A model generated the notes under the pieces. It saw nothing but the letters and a program-made list of their open reading frames with translations, did not search any database and had not been told where the DNA came from. The translations under genes were made by a program, and so were the position numbers. Positions 9,145-18,227 of a DNA stretch of 64,000 nt are shown here, piece by piece (position 1 is the stretch's first letter; every line of letters starts with the position of its first letter). The stretch is from an uncultured Gammaproteobacteria bacterium (GTDB lineage Bacteria; Patescibacteriota; Patescibacteriia; UBA1558; GWA2-36-10). The stretch covers positions 11,730-75,729 of the forward strand of contig CAZEWH010000001.1 in the NCBI GenBank assembly GCA_964515785.1, in the 5' to 3' direction.

Positions 9145-10999
9145 AGTAGTAAAAAGAAATTTAGACGCAGCACGTCGAGCTCCAGTACGCAAAAAATCTT
9201 ATGAAGCCCCGGTAGTCCGTCGTCGTAAGCGTGAAGTACCAAAAGAATACCGTACTATGGAAAAAGCTTCCAAAAAAGGCGGTGGTTGTTTATTCTTTTT
9301 ATTTTTAATATTTGTAGTTGCTCTAGCTGGCCTCATCTATTGGAATAAAAACGGAACTACCAATACTGACGAGAGTATCACTGTCCGTGTAGATGGTCCC
9401 AAAAAAATAATTTCTGGTGATCAGGTAGTTTATGAAATAGAATATGAAAATTTAGATATAGTAACTCTAGAAAATATAAAGCTTTCTGTGCGTTGGCCAA
9501 ATGGATTTTATTTTGATGAAGCAAATATAGAACCTAGTGATCAAAATGCTACTACATGGTATCTTGATGATTTGCCAACCAAACAATCCAATTCACTAGA
9601 AATAAAAGGACAATTAGTTGGCCAAAAAGATGATGAGTTATCTGCTATCTTTACTCTAGAATATCAGCCAGTAAACTTTCATTCTGATTTTTCTGTCAAA
9701 GAAATTATAGATACAAAAATATCTGATAGCAAAATAGAGTTGAGTATAGATGCTGTAGACAAGACCTTGGTAGCCACTGAACAGACTATTAATATTAGTT
9801 TTAAAAATTTAACAAATAGAGATTTAGAAGATTTGTATCTAGATATTATTTATCCAGAAGATTTTGTTTTGTTAGATGAACTAAGTTCAAATGAAGAGGA
9901 GGAAGAAGATCTTGAAGATTTTGTAGACGAAGAAGTAGTAGAAGAAGAATCTATCTTTATTCCAGAGGATGATTATTGGAAATTTTCTTTGCCAGCAGCC
10001 ATTGAAGCTAATATGGTTTTGTATGGTGTTTTTCCGGTTGATAGCAAGAGTCAACAATCTTTGATTGTAGAAGTTGGTAATATGATTGATGGTACTTTCC
10101 GTCGTCTGTCACAAGTGACACAAGATATTCAAGTAGTAAATCCAAAATTTGATATAGATTTTTCTATCAATAACGAATACAACAATCCAACAGTCAATTG
10201 GGGTGACATTTTGCGTTATCAATTGGAAGTCACCAACCTAAGTGAGACAGAATTTAATGGTGTTGTTGTTACTGCCTTACTTGATAGTCAAGTATTAGAT
10301 TGGGAAGGTTTGGATACTGTTGGTATAGTACAAGAATCAAATATTATCTGGACCAGTGCTGAAGATGAAGAATTAGATATTTGGCCACCTGGTGATAGCC
10401 GAATTTTTACTTGGCAAATAGATATCATAGATCAGCCAGTCCCAGAACGCATGATTGAAAATATTATCAAAATAAATGTTGATGGCTTGGCAGATTGGGA
10501 ACAAGTGACTACTCCTTTGTTGGTCACTGTTGGTGAAGCAGTTGTCTTTAATAATGGTATTTATTGGGATTTGGGTGGACGACGTGTTGGCTCTGGTTTG
10601 CTGCCACCACAGATGGGAGAGAGTACTCAATATTTAGTGATATGGTCTATACCAGAAGCCACTGGTAATTTTGATTCAGCTACAGTTGTGACTACTTTTC
10701 CACCAGAGGTCAAATTTTTATCAGAAACAGATATACAAGAAGGTGAAATTATTTTTGATGATGATACTAGAAATTTGACTTGGCAGATAGATGATCTGGA
10801 CAATTTACTTTTACCAATGACTGCTTCATTTATTATTGAAGTCATCCCTACTGAAGACAATGTAGGTAGTGCTATGGTCTTGATGAATCCTACTACTTTG
10901 ACAGCTGAGGGTATAGAGCAAGTTATTATTAGATCCAAGATGCTCAAAACTTCTGATGTCTATGCTGATAGTAGCGAGCCGATTGGTATAGTTGAATAA
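9137..10999 (+). CDS. hypothetical large membrane-anchored protein (basic N-terminus, TM helix, acidic E-rich stretch, repeat-like beta domains)
   Basis: 620 aa; overlaps recO stop by 8 nt; TM CLFFLFLIFVVALAGLIYW; EEEEEDLEDFVDEEVVEEE. Confidence 0.6.
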   Translation: MAKVVKRNLDAARRAPVRKKSYEAPVVRRRKREVPKEYRTMEKASKKGGGCLFFLFLIFVVALAGLIYWNKNGTTNTDESITVRVDGPKKIISGDQVVYEIEYENLDIVTLENIKLSVRWPNGFYFDEANIEPSDQNATTWYLDDLPTKQSNSLEIKGQLVGQKDDELSAIFTLEYQPVNFHSDFSVKEIIDTKISDSKIELSIDAVDKTLVATEQTINISFKNLTNRDLEDLYLDIIYPEDFVLLDELSSNEEEEEDLEDFVDEEVVEEESIFIPEDDYWKFSLPAAIEANMVLYGVFPVDSKSQQSLIVEVGNMIDGTFRRLSQVTQDIQVVNPKFDIDFSINNEYNNPTVNWGDILRYQLEVTNLSETEFNGVVVTALLDSQVLDWEGLDTVGIVQESNIIWTSAEDEELDIWPPGDSRIFTWQIDIIDQPVPERMIENIIKINVDGLADWEQVTTPLLVTVGEAVVFNNGIYWDLGGRRVGSGLLPPQMGESTQYLVIWSIPEATGNFDSATVVTTFPPEVKFLSETDIQEGEIIFDDDTRNLTWQIDDLDNLLLPMTASFIIEVIPTEDNVGSAMVLMNPTTLTAEGIEQVIIRSKMLKTSDVYADSSEPIGIVE

Positions 11000-11092
11000 A
11001 CCCCCTAAATCCCCCTTGTCAGGGGGACTTGATGGATATAGAATATGTTAGTTAATTAGTTCCTCCCCTGACAAGGGGAGGTCAGGAGGGGT
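10999..11092. repeat. GC-rich palindromic intergenic element, copy 2 (same arms as 4937-5016 with longer central spacer)
   Basis: AACCCCCTAAATCCCCCTTGTCAGGGGGAC ... TCCTCCCCTGACAAGGGGAGGTCAGGAGGGGTT; arms nearly identical to copy 1. Confidence 0.8.
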
Positions 11093-11103
11093 TAAAAAGA
11101 ATA

Positions 11104-12189
11104 ATGTTTAAATTAAATAAACAATCAAAAAAATCTCAAGCAAGATTAGGGGTATTAAAAACTACTCATGGTAGTATTGATACTCCTTTTTTTATGCCCA
11201 TTGCTACCAAAGCAGCTATAAAGACTTTGACAGTCCAAGATGTGAAAGATCTAGGAGCACAAATAATATTATCAAATACTTATCATAATTATTTGCGTCC
11301 TGGAGTAGAGACTTTCAAGAAATTTAAAGGCCTGCATAATTTTATGGACTGTGATTTGCCGATTTTGACAGATTCAGGTGGTTATCAAGTATTTTCTTTA
11401 TCAAATTTGAGAAAAATCAAAGGCGACAATATAGAATTCAAGTCGCACCTAGATGGTTCCAAACATATTTTGAATCCCAAAAAAGTAATAGACATTCAAG
11501 CAGCTATAGGCTCAGATATTATGATGGTTTTGGACGAGTGTGTTGGCTTGCCAACCACAAAACAAGCCGCTACACAAGCATTAGAACGTACGACTCGTTG
11601 GGCAAAGCTTGCTTTAGATCATAAAAATAAACTCAAAATTAAAAAGCAATTATTATTTGGCATTATTCAAGGTGGGGATTTCAAAGATCTTAGACTAAGA
11701 TCTGCCAAAGAAATTACTGCTATGCCTTTTGATGGTTATGCCATCGGCGGCTTGGCAGTAGGCGAGCCTACTAAAATTATGTATAAAGTTTTGGATTATA
11801 CTGTACCAGCCTTACCAGCTGACAAACCACGTTATTTGATGGGAGTAGGATATCCTGATAATATTATAGAAGCAGTAAAAAAAGGCGTAGATATGTTTGA
11901 CTGTGTTATACCCACTCGCGAAGCTCGTCACGGTAGGTTGTTTATTAGAACCAAACAATCTTTATCTGGCAAATTTTTTGAAACTATCAATATTAGAAAC
12001 GGCAAATTTAAAAACGACAAGACTTTGGTTAACAAAACTACTTTGAAAAATTATAGCAAAGCTTATTTACATCATTTGTTCAAAACTGATGAAATATTGG
12101 GTTTGCGACTCGCTACTGTACATAATCTTGAATTTTATCTACAATTAATGCAGGACATAAGAAAAGCTATTAAAGCAGGTAAATTATAA
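11104..12189 (+). CDS. tgt: queuine tRNA-ribosyltransferase
   Basis: 361 aa; GVLKTTHGSIDTPFFMPIATKAAIK and TIM-barrel Tgt core. Confidence 0.9.
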   Translation: MFKLNKQSKKSQARLGVLKTTHGSIDTPFFMPIATKAAIKTLTVQDVKDLGAQIILSNTYHNYLRPGVETFKKFKGLHNFMDCDLPILTDSGGYQVFSLSNLRKIKGDNIEFKSHLDGSKHILNPKKVIDIQAAIGSDIMMVLDECVGLPTTKQAATQALERTTRWAKLALDHKNKLKIKKQLLFGIIQGGDFKDLRLRSAKEITAMPFDGYAIGGLAVGEPTKIMYKVLDYTVPALPADKPRYLMGVGYPDNIIEAVKKGVDMFDCVIPTREARHGRLFIRTKQSLSGKFFETINIRNGKFKNDKTLVNKTTLKNYSKAYLHHLFKTDEILGLRLATVHNLEFYLQLMQDIRKAIKAGKL

Positions 12190-12589
12190 ATAATTATTAA
12201 CTTGAAATATTATGAAAGTTGAGTTTAACAACGCACAAAAGACCTTTAGTGCCATTTACGCCATTATGTTTTTATGGGTAATAATGGATGTATGGATAAT
12301 AGACTTCATGGAATTCTCTAATGTTGTCTTCTTCTATATTATAATGATGATTGCCTTGTCAGGTGCAACACCTAGCTGGAACAAGAATAGATAATGTGTG
12401 ACCTAAGGGTTTATTAATAAATATATTTAGGACAATAGATCTTGTGTATTTGGTTTATAGCTATTGAAACGATAGTCTAATATTTGGTTTAGTATTAGCT
12501 TTTATTGGATTATTTATGGCTATATACACTTTTTTCTTTGCTTGGGTAGTTTAAAGATAAGCTAAAAAAGCAATATTTAGAATAATTAT

Positions 12590-12838
12590 ATGAAAAAGGC
12601 AAAAGATAAAAAAGATGCCATTATAAACAGTAAAACTATAGATGGATGGCAAAATATAATCGAAGAAAAATATGAGCTCTGCAAAAAAGCAGTAGATACT
12701 GCTTGTAGAAATGTAGAAAATCTTGATTCAAAAGCAAAACAGATGCAGCAGACTTTTGATGAAGCATCTAAACCCAAATTAGAAAAGCTTGATAAAATAG
12801 AAAAGGCCTTAAGAATAATTGGTAAGTTAGGTAAGTAG
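12590..12838 (+). CDS. hypothetical small coiled-coil protein
   Basis: 82 aa, lysine-rich helical; directly upstream of pilin-like pair. Confidence 0.4.
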   Translation: MKKAKDKKDAIINSKTIDGWQNIIEEKYELCKKAVDTACRNVENLDSKAKQMQQTFDEASKPKLEKLDKIEKALRIIGKLGK

Positions 12839-12863
12839 AGATAATATAATAAACAATAATATT

Positions 12864-13553
12864 ATGAAAAGCAAAAAAAAGAAAATTTTAGGATTTTCTA
12901 TAATAGAATTAATGGTTATTATTGGTGCAGTTGGTGTTGTATTGGCTGTGACTGTTTCATATGTCAATCCACTAAAACGTGTCGGAGAATCTAATGATTC
13001 TGTTCGTTGGTCAGATGTTGAAGAAATAGCTCAAGCTCTAGAGCTCTATGCTATAGATAATAGTCAGATACCGGATGATTTTTCTACTCCTATTATAGCG
13101 GTAGACGAAAAACATGTAATCTGTGATTCAGCAGATTCTTTGACTTGTGATGGTGATACCAATGATTGTTTGGTAATAGACGATACAGATTTTTTGGCTT
13201 ATATTGATGACTTGCCAGTTGATCCAGATAAGACAGACACATCTGATACTGGTTATTATGTATTAAGAAAAGAAAATCAGGGTAAGATAGCTATTGGAGC
13301 TTGTGATCCTTATGGATCTACTGCTATTGAAGTTATAGCTCGAGCTGCTTTTTCAGTAGGTTGCGGCAATGGAGTCTTGGAAGAAAGTCTAGGTGAAGTT
13401 TGTGATAGTACTTTTACATCACTATGCAGTGATCCTAGTCAGGAGGGCTGGGGTTTTGGTGACTATGTAAGTAATACTGATTGTAAATCACCTAATGATG
13501 TCTGTAGTCCTGATTGTACTGAGTGTGACGTTGCTTGTATTGGAGGACCATAA
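12864..13553 (+). CDS. type IV pilin-like protein with prepilin N-terminal motif and Cys-rich C-terminal domain (paralogue 1)
   Basis: 229 aa; class-III signal GFSIIELMVII (G/F cleavage site, E at +5); about 14 Cys in C-terminal half. Confidence 0.75.
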   Translation: MKSKKKKILGFSIIELMVIIGAVGVVLAVTVSYVNPLKRVGESNDSVRWSDVEEIAQALELYAIDNSQIPDDFSTPIIAVDEKHVICDSADSLTCDGDTNDCLVIDDTDFLAYIDDLPVDPDKTDTSDTGYYVLRKENQGKIAIGACDPYGSTAIEVIARAAFSVGCGNGVLEESLGEVCDSTFTSLCSDPSQEGWGFGDYVSNTDCKSPNDVCSPDCTECDVACIGGP

Positions 13554-13566
13554 ATTTTGAATAAAT

Positions 13567-14253
13567 ATGTCTAATTTTAAAAATAAGAGATCTGGTTTTT
13601 CTATGATAGAGCTCATGGTCATTATTGTTGGTATTGGTATTTTGTTAGCCATAACTATTTCTTATATCAATCCCTTAAAAAGGATTGGAGAGTCCCGTGA
13701 TGCTCGTCGTTGGACTGATGTAGAATTATTAACTCAAGCTATAGAGCTTTATAGCTTGGACAATGATCAGATTCCTTCTGATTTTTCTGATGCAGTCATA
13801 GCAGTAGATGAAAAGTATGTGATCTGTGATTCAGCAGATTCTTTGATTTGTGATGGTGATACCAATGATTGTTTGGTAATAGATGATGCAGATTTTTTGG
13901 CTTATATTGATACTATGCCAATAGATCCTGGCAAGAGTAGTGTGGCTGATACTGGCTATTATATGACCAGAGAAGAAGATCAAGGTAAGATAGCTATTGG
14001 AGCTTGTGATTCTTATGGTAGTGATCTCATTAAAATTATTTCTAGAGCAGCTTTTTCAGTAGGTTGCGGCAATGGAGTTGTAGAAGAAAGTTTGGGTGAA
14101 GTTTGTGATAGCAATCAAACACAGGTTTGCGATAATCCTGCTGGCTATTATGGAGGTGACTATGTAGAAGATGGTTCAACCTGTAAAATAAATGATGGTT
14201 GGTGCAATAGCACTTGTACAGCTTGTAGCTCTTCTTGTATAGAAGAGGGTTAA
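13567..14253 (+). CDS. type IV pilin-like protein with Cys-rich C-terminal domain (paralogue 2)
   Basis: 228 aa; GFSMIELMVII; about 60% identical to upstream paralogue with divergence concentrated in last 60 residues. Confidence 0.75.
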   Translation: MSNFKNKRSGFSMIELMVIIVGIGILLAITISYINPLKRIGESRDARRWTDVELLTQAIELYSLDNDQIPSDFSDAVIAVDEKYVICDSADSLICDGDTNDCLVIDDADFLAYIDTMPIDPGKSSVADTGYYMTREEDQGKIAIGACDSYGSDLIKIISRAAFSVGCGNGVVEESLGEVCDSNQTQVCDNPAGYYGGDYVEDGSTCKINDGWCNSTCTACSSSCIEEG

Positions 14254-14273
14254 AGTAATTATATTTTGATAAA

Positions 14274-14300
14274 AATCCTGTCTGATTATCAGCAGGGTTT
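14274..14300 (+). terminator. hairpin + T5 after pilin-like pair
   Basis: CCTGTCTGAT..ATCAGCAGG followed by TTTTT. Confidence 0.5.
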
Positions 14301-14358
14301 TTGATTTACCTGCCTGCCGGTAGGCGGGTAATTTTTAGTCAATTATGGTATAATTTAA

Positions 14359-14739
14359 TTGATGACACAAAACGTTATAATTCAAGCTTTTAAATCTTTT
14401 GTAATTGATTTACTAAAAGAAGTTTTATATTTTCCTATTTGGTGGTATACCGCTGGCCTTAAAAGAACTATTTTATATATTTGGAATGGTATAGTTGGTA
14501 GTTTACGTAATTTGTCATTGCCAATTATGTTTAAAAATCTTTTTAAGCCAATGTTTGGTCAATACGATCGTGAGGGTCGGATTATTAGCTTTTTTATGAG
14601 GATTATTTTGACTATCAGTCGTTCGGTAGCTTTTATTTTCTTTGTTATTTTCTATATTTTATTATTAATAGCTTGGATTGTTATACCAATTATTGTTATC
14701 TGGGGCATAGTAAATAATTTGCAGCTCATATGGAAGTAA
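14359..14739 (+). CDS. hypothetical small polytopic membrane protein, translationally coupled to ClpC-like gene
   Basis: 126 aa; 10-nt overlap with downstream ORF. Confidence 0.5.
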   Translation: MMTQNVIIQAFKSFVIDLLKEVLYFPIWWYTAGLKRTILYIWNGIVGSLRNLSLPIMFKNLFKPMFGQYDREGRIISFFMRIILTISRSVAFIFFVIFYILLLIAWIVIPIIVIWGIVNNLQLIWK

Positions 14740-17417
14740 TCAAATTCCAACAATGTGATAAGTGTCAAGGCAAGGGCTTGATAGATAATCGTAAATGCGA
14801 AGCCTGTTTTGGATTTAAGAGTTTTTATTTTTCAAATAACAATTTTCTTTTTTGGCAAGACAAGATAAATTATGCTCAGATTTTTATTCGGGAGTTCAAA
14901 CAGACTATCAACATGTTGGTCAATACTTTATTGATCTTGGGTGCTATTTTTACTTTAGTCTTGATTTATATTATTTTAAATAAGGTTCAATTTGATCCTC
15001 GCAACTTATGGGCTTTTATAACTGACGTTCATCGATACAATCTGTGGTTGTTTATTATGATTGTCTTGGATATGTATTTGTATTATCGTTTGACTATTCC
15101 TACTATCAAATCTAAAAACAAATTTAGTATTTTAAAAAATAAAAATTCTTTTGTAAAACATAATATTGCTGACAATTTGAGTCAGGAAGCTAGACGGATT
15201 ATTGATCGAGCTTGGCTTTATGCTCATCACAAAAAAGTCTGGCCAGTCACATCTTGGCATGTTTTGTATGTTTTATTTGATGACAAGGATATTCGTTTAG
15301 TGTTGGCTCGTCTGGGCTTGGGAGCAGACAATCTAAAAAATAAAATAGACCAAGATATAGCTCAATTAGCTAAACAGTCAGAGCCAGGTAAAGGTTTGAC
15401 ACATACTATCAAAGAAGCATTGCTAAATGCTTATTTTCATATGCATGATCGTCAAGCTCAGACTATTGCTGAAGTTGATTTGTTGTTTGGTTTAGCTGTG
15501 TCTAGTCAAGGTGTCAAAAATTTCTTTTATGATTTTGATATTGATGAACAAAAAATCAACAATGTTGTTGCTTGGATTAAAATAAATAATTTATTAAAAC
15601 GACGTTATCAACGTTTTCGTTCCAAATCATTTTTAAAACCAAAAGGTGATGTTAATCGAGCTTATACAGCTATAGCTACTCCGATTTTAGATTCTTTTTC
15701 TCAGGACTTTACCAAGATGGCTAGAGCTGGATATTTACCTCTTTCAGTAGCTCGAGAAAAAGAGATTGACGAAGTTCTCAATACTATTGAAAGTGGTCAA
15801 GATTCTGTAGTGCTGGTCGGTGACCCAGGAGTAGGTAAGGGCAATATTGTCGAAGGTCTAGCCAATCGTATGATGGCTGAAGAAGTACCTTTGTTTTTTC
15901 AAGACAAACGCTTGGTGAGTGTTTCTATACCATTATTGATTTCTGGGGCCACTGGTACAGGTAAATTGGAGGAAAGATTTATAGCTCTACTCAATGAAGT
16001 AGCAGTCTCTGGAAATATTATTTTATTTATCGATGATATCCATAATCTAGCTGGTGTATCTTCTGAGGGGACTGAAGGGGTTGATCTTTCAGAAGTTTTA
16101 GCTGCTGAAGTACGCAAACACAATATTATTGTGATTGGTGCAACCAACAGCAAAGAATTTGTTCAATACATAGAAGGCAAGGCTCTTGGACAGGCCTTAA
16201 AAAAGATAAATATCTTAGAACCAGATAAAAATCAAGCTATTCAAATCATGCAAGCACATGTTGGTCATGTAGAAAATAAACATCATGTTTATTTTACTTA
16301 TGATGCTTTGGAAAAAATTTATGATTTAGCTGGTAGATATATTACTGATCAAGCTTTACCAAAAAAAGCTATCGGACTAATGGATGAAGCTGGTATTATG
16401 GTAGCCAAAGCTGGTCGTCAAGATAAATTAGTTAGAGGTGAGGATATTGCATCTTTAGTTAGTCATAAGACCAACATACCATTGACACAAGTTACAGCTA
16501 AAGAATCGACTAAATTAATGAATTTGGAAGAAGAAATTCATCAGCGTATCATTGGTCAAGATGAAGCAGTCAAGCTAGTATCAGCTGCCCTGCGTCGCGC
16601 TCGAGCTGAGTTGCGAGACCGTAAACGACCAATAGTAAATCTATTATTTTTGGGTCCAACTGGTGTGGGTAAAACAGAACTTGCCAAAACTGTAGCGGAA
16701 AAATATTTTGGTGATGAACAAAATATGATCAGACTGGATATGTCAGAATATCAGACTCAAGCTAGCTTGCCGCGCTTGATTGGTTCACCACAAAATTCTA
16801 CTCCAGGTTTATTGACTGAAGCTGTCCGTCACAAACCATTTGCTTTGCTGTTGCTTGATGAAATAGAAAAAGCTCACCCAGAAATACTTAATATCTTTTT
16901 ACAAATTATGGAAGATGGTCGTTTGACTGATGCTTTGGGTCGGACTGTTGATTTTACCAATTTGATATTGGTAGCTACTTCCAATGCTGGTACATCTTAT
17001 ATTCAAGATCAGATAAATGCTGGCCGGCAGATAGATGACTTTAAAGATGATTTGATAAAAAATCAAATTAGAGATATTTTTGCTCCAGAATTTATCAATC
17101 GTTTTGATGGTACAGTAGTTTTCCGGCCACTTACTCAAGATGAGATTTTTAAGATTGCTGGTCTGATGCTAAATAAAGTTAGAAAGCGTTTAGAAATCAA
17201 AGGCATATTTTTTGAAATTACAGAAGATGCTCAATGGGAGTTGGCTAGAGCTGGTTTTGATCCAGTCTTTGGCGCCAGGCCTTTGCGTAGAGTGATCCAA
17301 GACAATGTAGACAATGCTTTGGCAAATTATTTATTGACTGGCAAGATTGGTCGTCGTGATACAGTAGTCTATGATGAGGGTGGCAAGATCAGTGTCAAAA
17401 AAGCCAAAGGTTACTAA
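14730..17417 (+). CDS. ClpC/ClpB-like double-ring AAA+ chaperone with N-terminal DnaJ-type zinc finger and two TM helices
   Basis: 895 aa; CDKCQGKG and CEACFGFK (CxxCxGxG x2); two hydrophobic helices; two Clp_N repeats; NBD1 Walker A GDPGVGKGN (Thr replaced), Walker B FIDDIH (E to D); NBD2 canonical GPTGVGKT / LLLDEIEKA; no IGF/VGF-type ClpP loop seen. Confidence 0.85.
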   Translation: MEVIKFQQCDKCQGKGLIDNRKCEACFGFKSFYFSNNNFLFWQDKINYAQIFIREFKQTINMLVNTLLILGAIFTLVLIYIILNKVQFDPRNLWAFITDVHRYNLWLFIMIVLDMYLYYRLTIPTIKSKNKFSILKNKNSFVKHNIADNLSQEARRIIDRAWLYAHHKKVWPVTSWHVLYVLFDDKDIRLVLARLGLGADNLKNKIDQDIAQLAKQSEPGKGLTHTIKEALLNAYFHMHDRQAQTIAEVDLLFGLAVSSQGVKNFFYDFDIDEQKINNVVAWIKINNLLKRRYQRFRSKSFLKPKGDVNRAYTAIATPILDSFSQDFTKMARAGYLPLSVAREKEIDEVLNTIESGQDSVVLVGDPGVGKGNIVEGLANRMMAEEVPLFFQDKRLVSVSIPLLISGATGTGKLEERFIALLNEVAVSGNIILFIDDIHNLAGVSSEGTEGVDLSEVLAAEVRKHNIIVIGATNSKEFVQYIEGKALGQALKKINILEPDKNQAIQIMQAHVGHVENKHHVYFTYDALEKIYDLAGRYITDQALPKKAIGLMDEAGIMVAKAGRQDKLVRGEDIASLVSHKTNIPLTQVTAKESTKLMNLEEEIHQRIIGQDEAVKLVSAALRRARAELRDRKRPIVNLLFLGPTGVGKTELAKTVAEKYFGDEQNMIRLDMSEYQTQASLPRLIGSPQNSTPGLLTEAVRHKPFALLLLDEIEKAHPEILNIFLQIMEDGRLTDALGRTVDFTNLILVATSNAGTSYIQDQINAGRQIDDFKDDLIKNQIRDIFAPEFINRFDGTVVFRPLTQDEIFKIAGLMLNKVRKRLEIKGIFFEITEDAQWELARAGFDPVFGARPLRRVIQDNVDNALANYLLTGKIGRRDTVVYDEGGKISVKKAKGY

Positions 17418-17440
17418 ATTATATTTTTATTAAAAAAAGA

Positions 17441-17469
17441 AAAAAGGAACAGAATACTGTTCCTTTTTG
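17441..17469. terminator. bidirectional intrinsic terminator (AGGAACAG-AATA-CTGTTCCT flanked by A-run and T-run)
   Basis: 8-bp stem; A10 upstream, T5 downstream. Confidence 0.75.
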
Positions 17470-17473
17470 ATTT

Positions 17474-17689
17474 TCAAGTATTGACTTGCATAGAAAGCCA
17501 ACGGTCTAGCACGCTGCGCAAAAAGCGCCAATCACCACCGACTTTTTTGGCCGGGATCTTACCTTCTCTGGCTAGACGACAGACTGTCTTTGTGTGCATC
17601 TTGAGATATTCGGCTGCCTCGACAGCGTTAAGGACAGGGGGAGGAGTAGAGGTATGATGGCTTAGGTGCCCCTGATCATTATTGGTCAT
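17474..17689 (-). CDS. excisionase-family helix-turn-helix DNA-binding protein (GC-rich, strong SD)
   Basis: 71 aa; AVEAAEYLKMHTKTVCRLAREGKIPAKKVGGDWRF matches Xis/MerR-superfamily excisionase HTH; SD AAGGAGA 6 nt upstream of ATG; about 50% GC. Confidence 0.7.
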   Translation of the reverse strand: MTNNDQGHLSHHTSTPPPVLNAVEAAEYLKMHTKTVCRLAREGKIPAKKVGGDWRFLRSVLDRWLSMQVNT

Positions 17690-17744
17690 AATTATCTCCT
17701 TGAAAATGATGCATTTTAGTGAAAGAGCTTATTAAAACAATTGT

Positions 17745-17774
17745 ATTAAAGCATTTAATATGTTTTTTTGTCAA
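17745..17774 (-). promoter_or_regulatory. promoter TTGACA-N18-TTTAAT for excisionase-family gene
   Basis: minus-strand TTGACA (plus 17769-17774), TTTAAT (plus 17745-17750). Confidence 0.5.
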
Positions 17775-17794
17775 CCTGCCTGCCGGTAAGCAGG

Positions 17795-17926
17795 AAATAA
17801 AAAGGGCCCCGTCGAGATGATCTCGACGGGGCTTCAGCACCCCTGCTGCACCAGCTTGCTTTACCTTCTTGCGGAGGCGTAAAGGCTGGTATTTTTATTT
17901 TAGCAGTTATTTTGATTTTTTGTCAA
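17795..17926 (-). ncRNA. mini-cassette U1: promoter TTGACA-N18-TAAAAT, ~95-nt GC-rich structured RNA, perfect terminator (GCCCCGTCGAGA-TCA-TCTCGACGGGGC + U-run)
   Basis: minus-strand -35 at plus 17921-17926, -10 at 17897-17902; 5' hairpin ACCAGCCUUUAC..GUAAAGCAAGCUGGU; terminator stem plus 17806-17832, A-run 17795-17803. Confidence 0.4.
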
Positions 17927-18042
17927 AAGAAAAAGGGGACCTCACTAGAGATCCCCCGAGAAACGAAGTAGTCGTCTTCATATTGCCAATCGGAGTTTCC
18001 GATTAGCATATTTATTGTATTATTTATATAAAAAGTAGTCAA
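17927..18042 (-). ncRNA. mini-cassette U2: promoter TTGACT-N17-TACAAT, ~80-nt structured RNA, terminator GGGGAUCUCUAGUGAGGUCCCC + U-run
   Basis: -35 at plus 18037-18042, -10 at 18014-18019; 5' hairpin AAUCGGA-AAC-UCCGAUU; terminator plus 17935-17956. Confidence 0.4.
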
Positions 18043-18055
18043 GAATTTAAGATAA

Positions 18056-18227
18056 AGAAAAAGGGCTCTACCGAAGTAGAGCCCCTGTCGAAAGCGGCCA
18101 TACAGGCCCCTCGTACCTGCGGTCTCGCAGAGTCATCCTGTTACCTCCTGCTGGAGGTGCGCCGTGTCGGTTCGCTGTGTACAGCGAACGCAATATTAAT
18201 TGTATAGATAATTTAGTGTTTTGTCAA
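18056..18227 (-). ncRNA. mini-cassette U3: promoter TTGACA-N17-TACAAT, ~135-nt structured RNA with four perfect hairpins, terminator GGGCUCUACUUCGGUAGAGCCC + U-run; contains SD-preceded 22-codon ORF
   Basis: -35 at plus 18222-18227, -10 at 18199-18204; hairpins GUUCGCUGU/ACAGCGAAC, CCUCC/GGAGG, CUGCG/CGCAG; AGGAGGU-N6-AUG (ATG at 18136, stop 18068) encodes MTLRDRRYEGPVWPLSTGALLR; SD lies inside the CCUCC/GGAGG hairpin. Confidence 0.4.
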
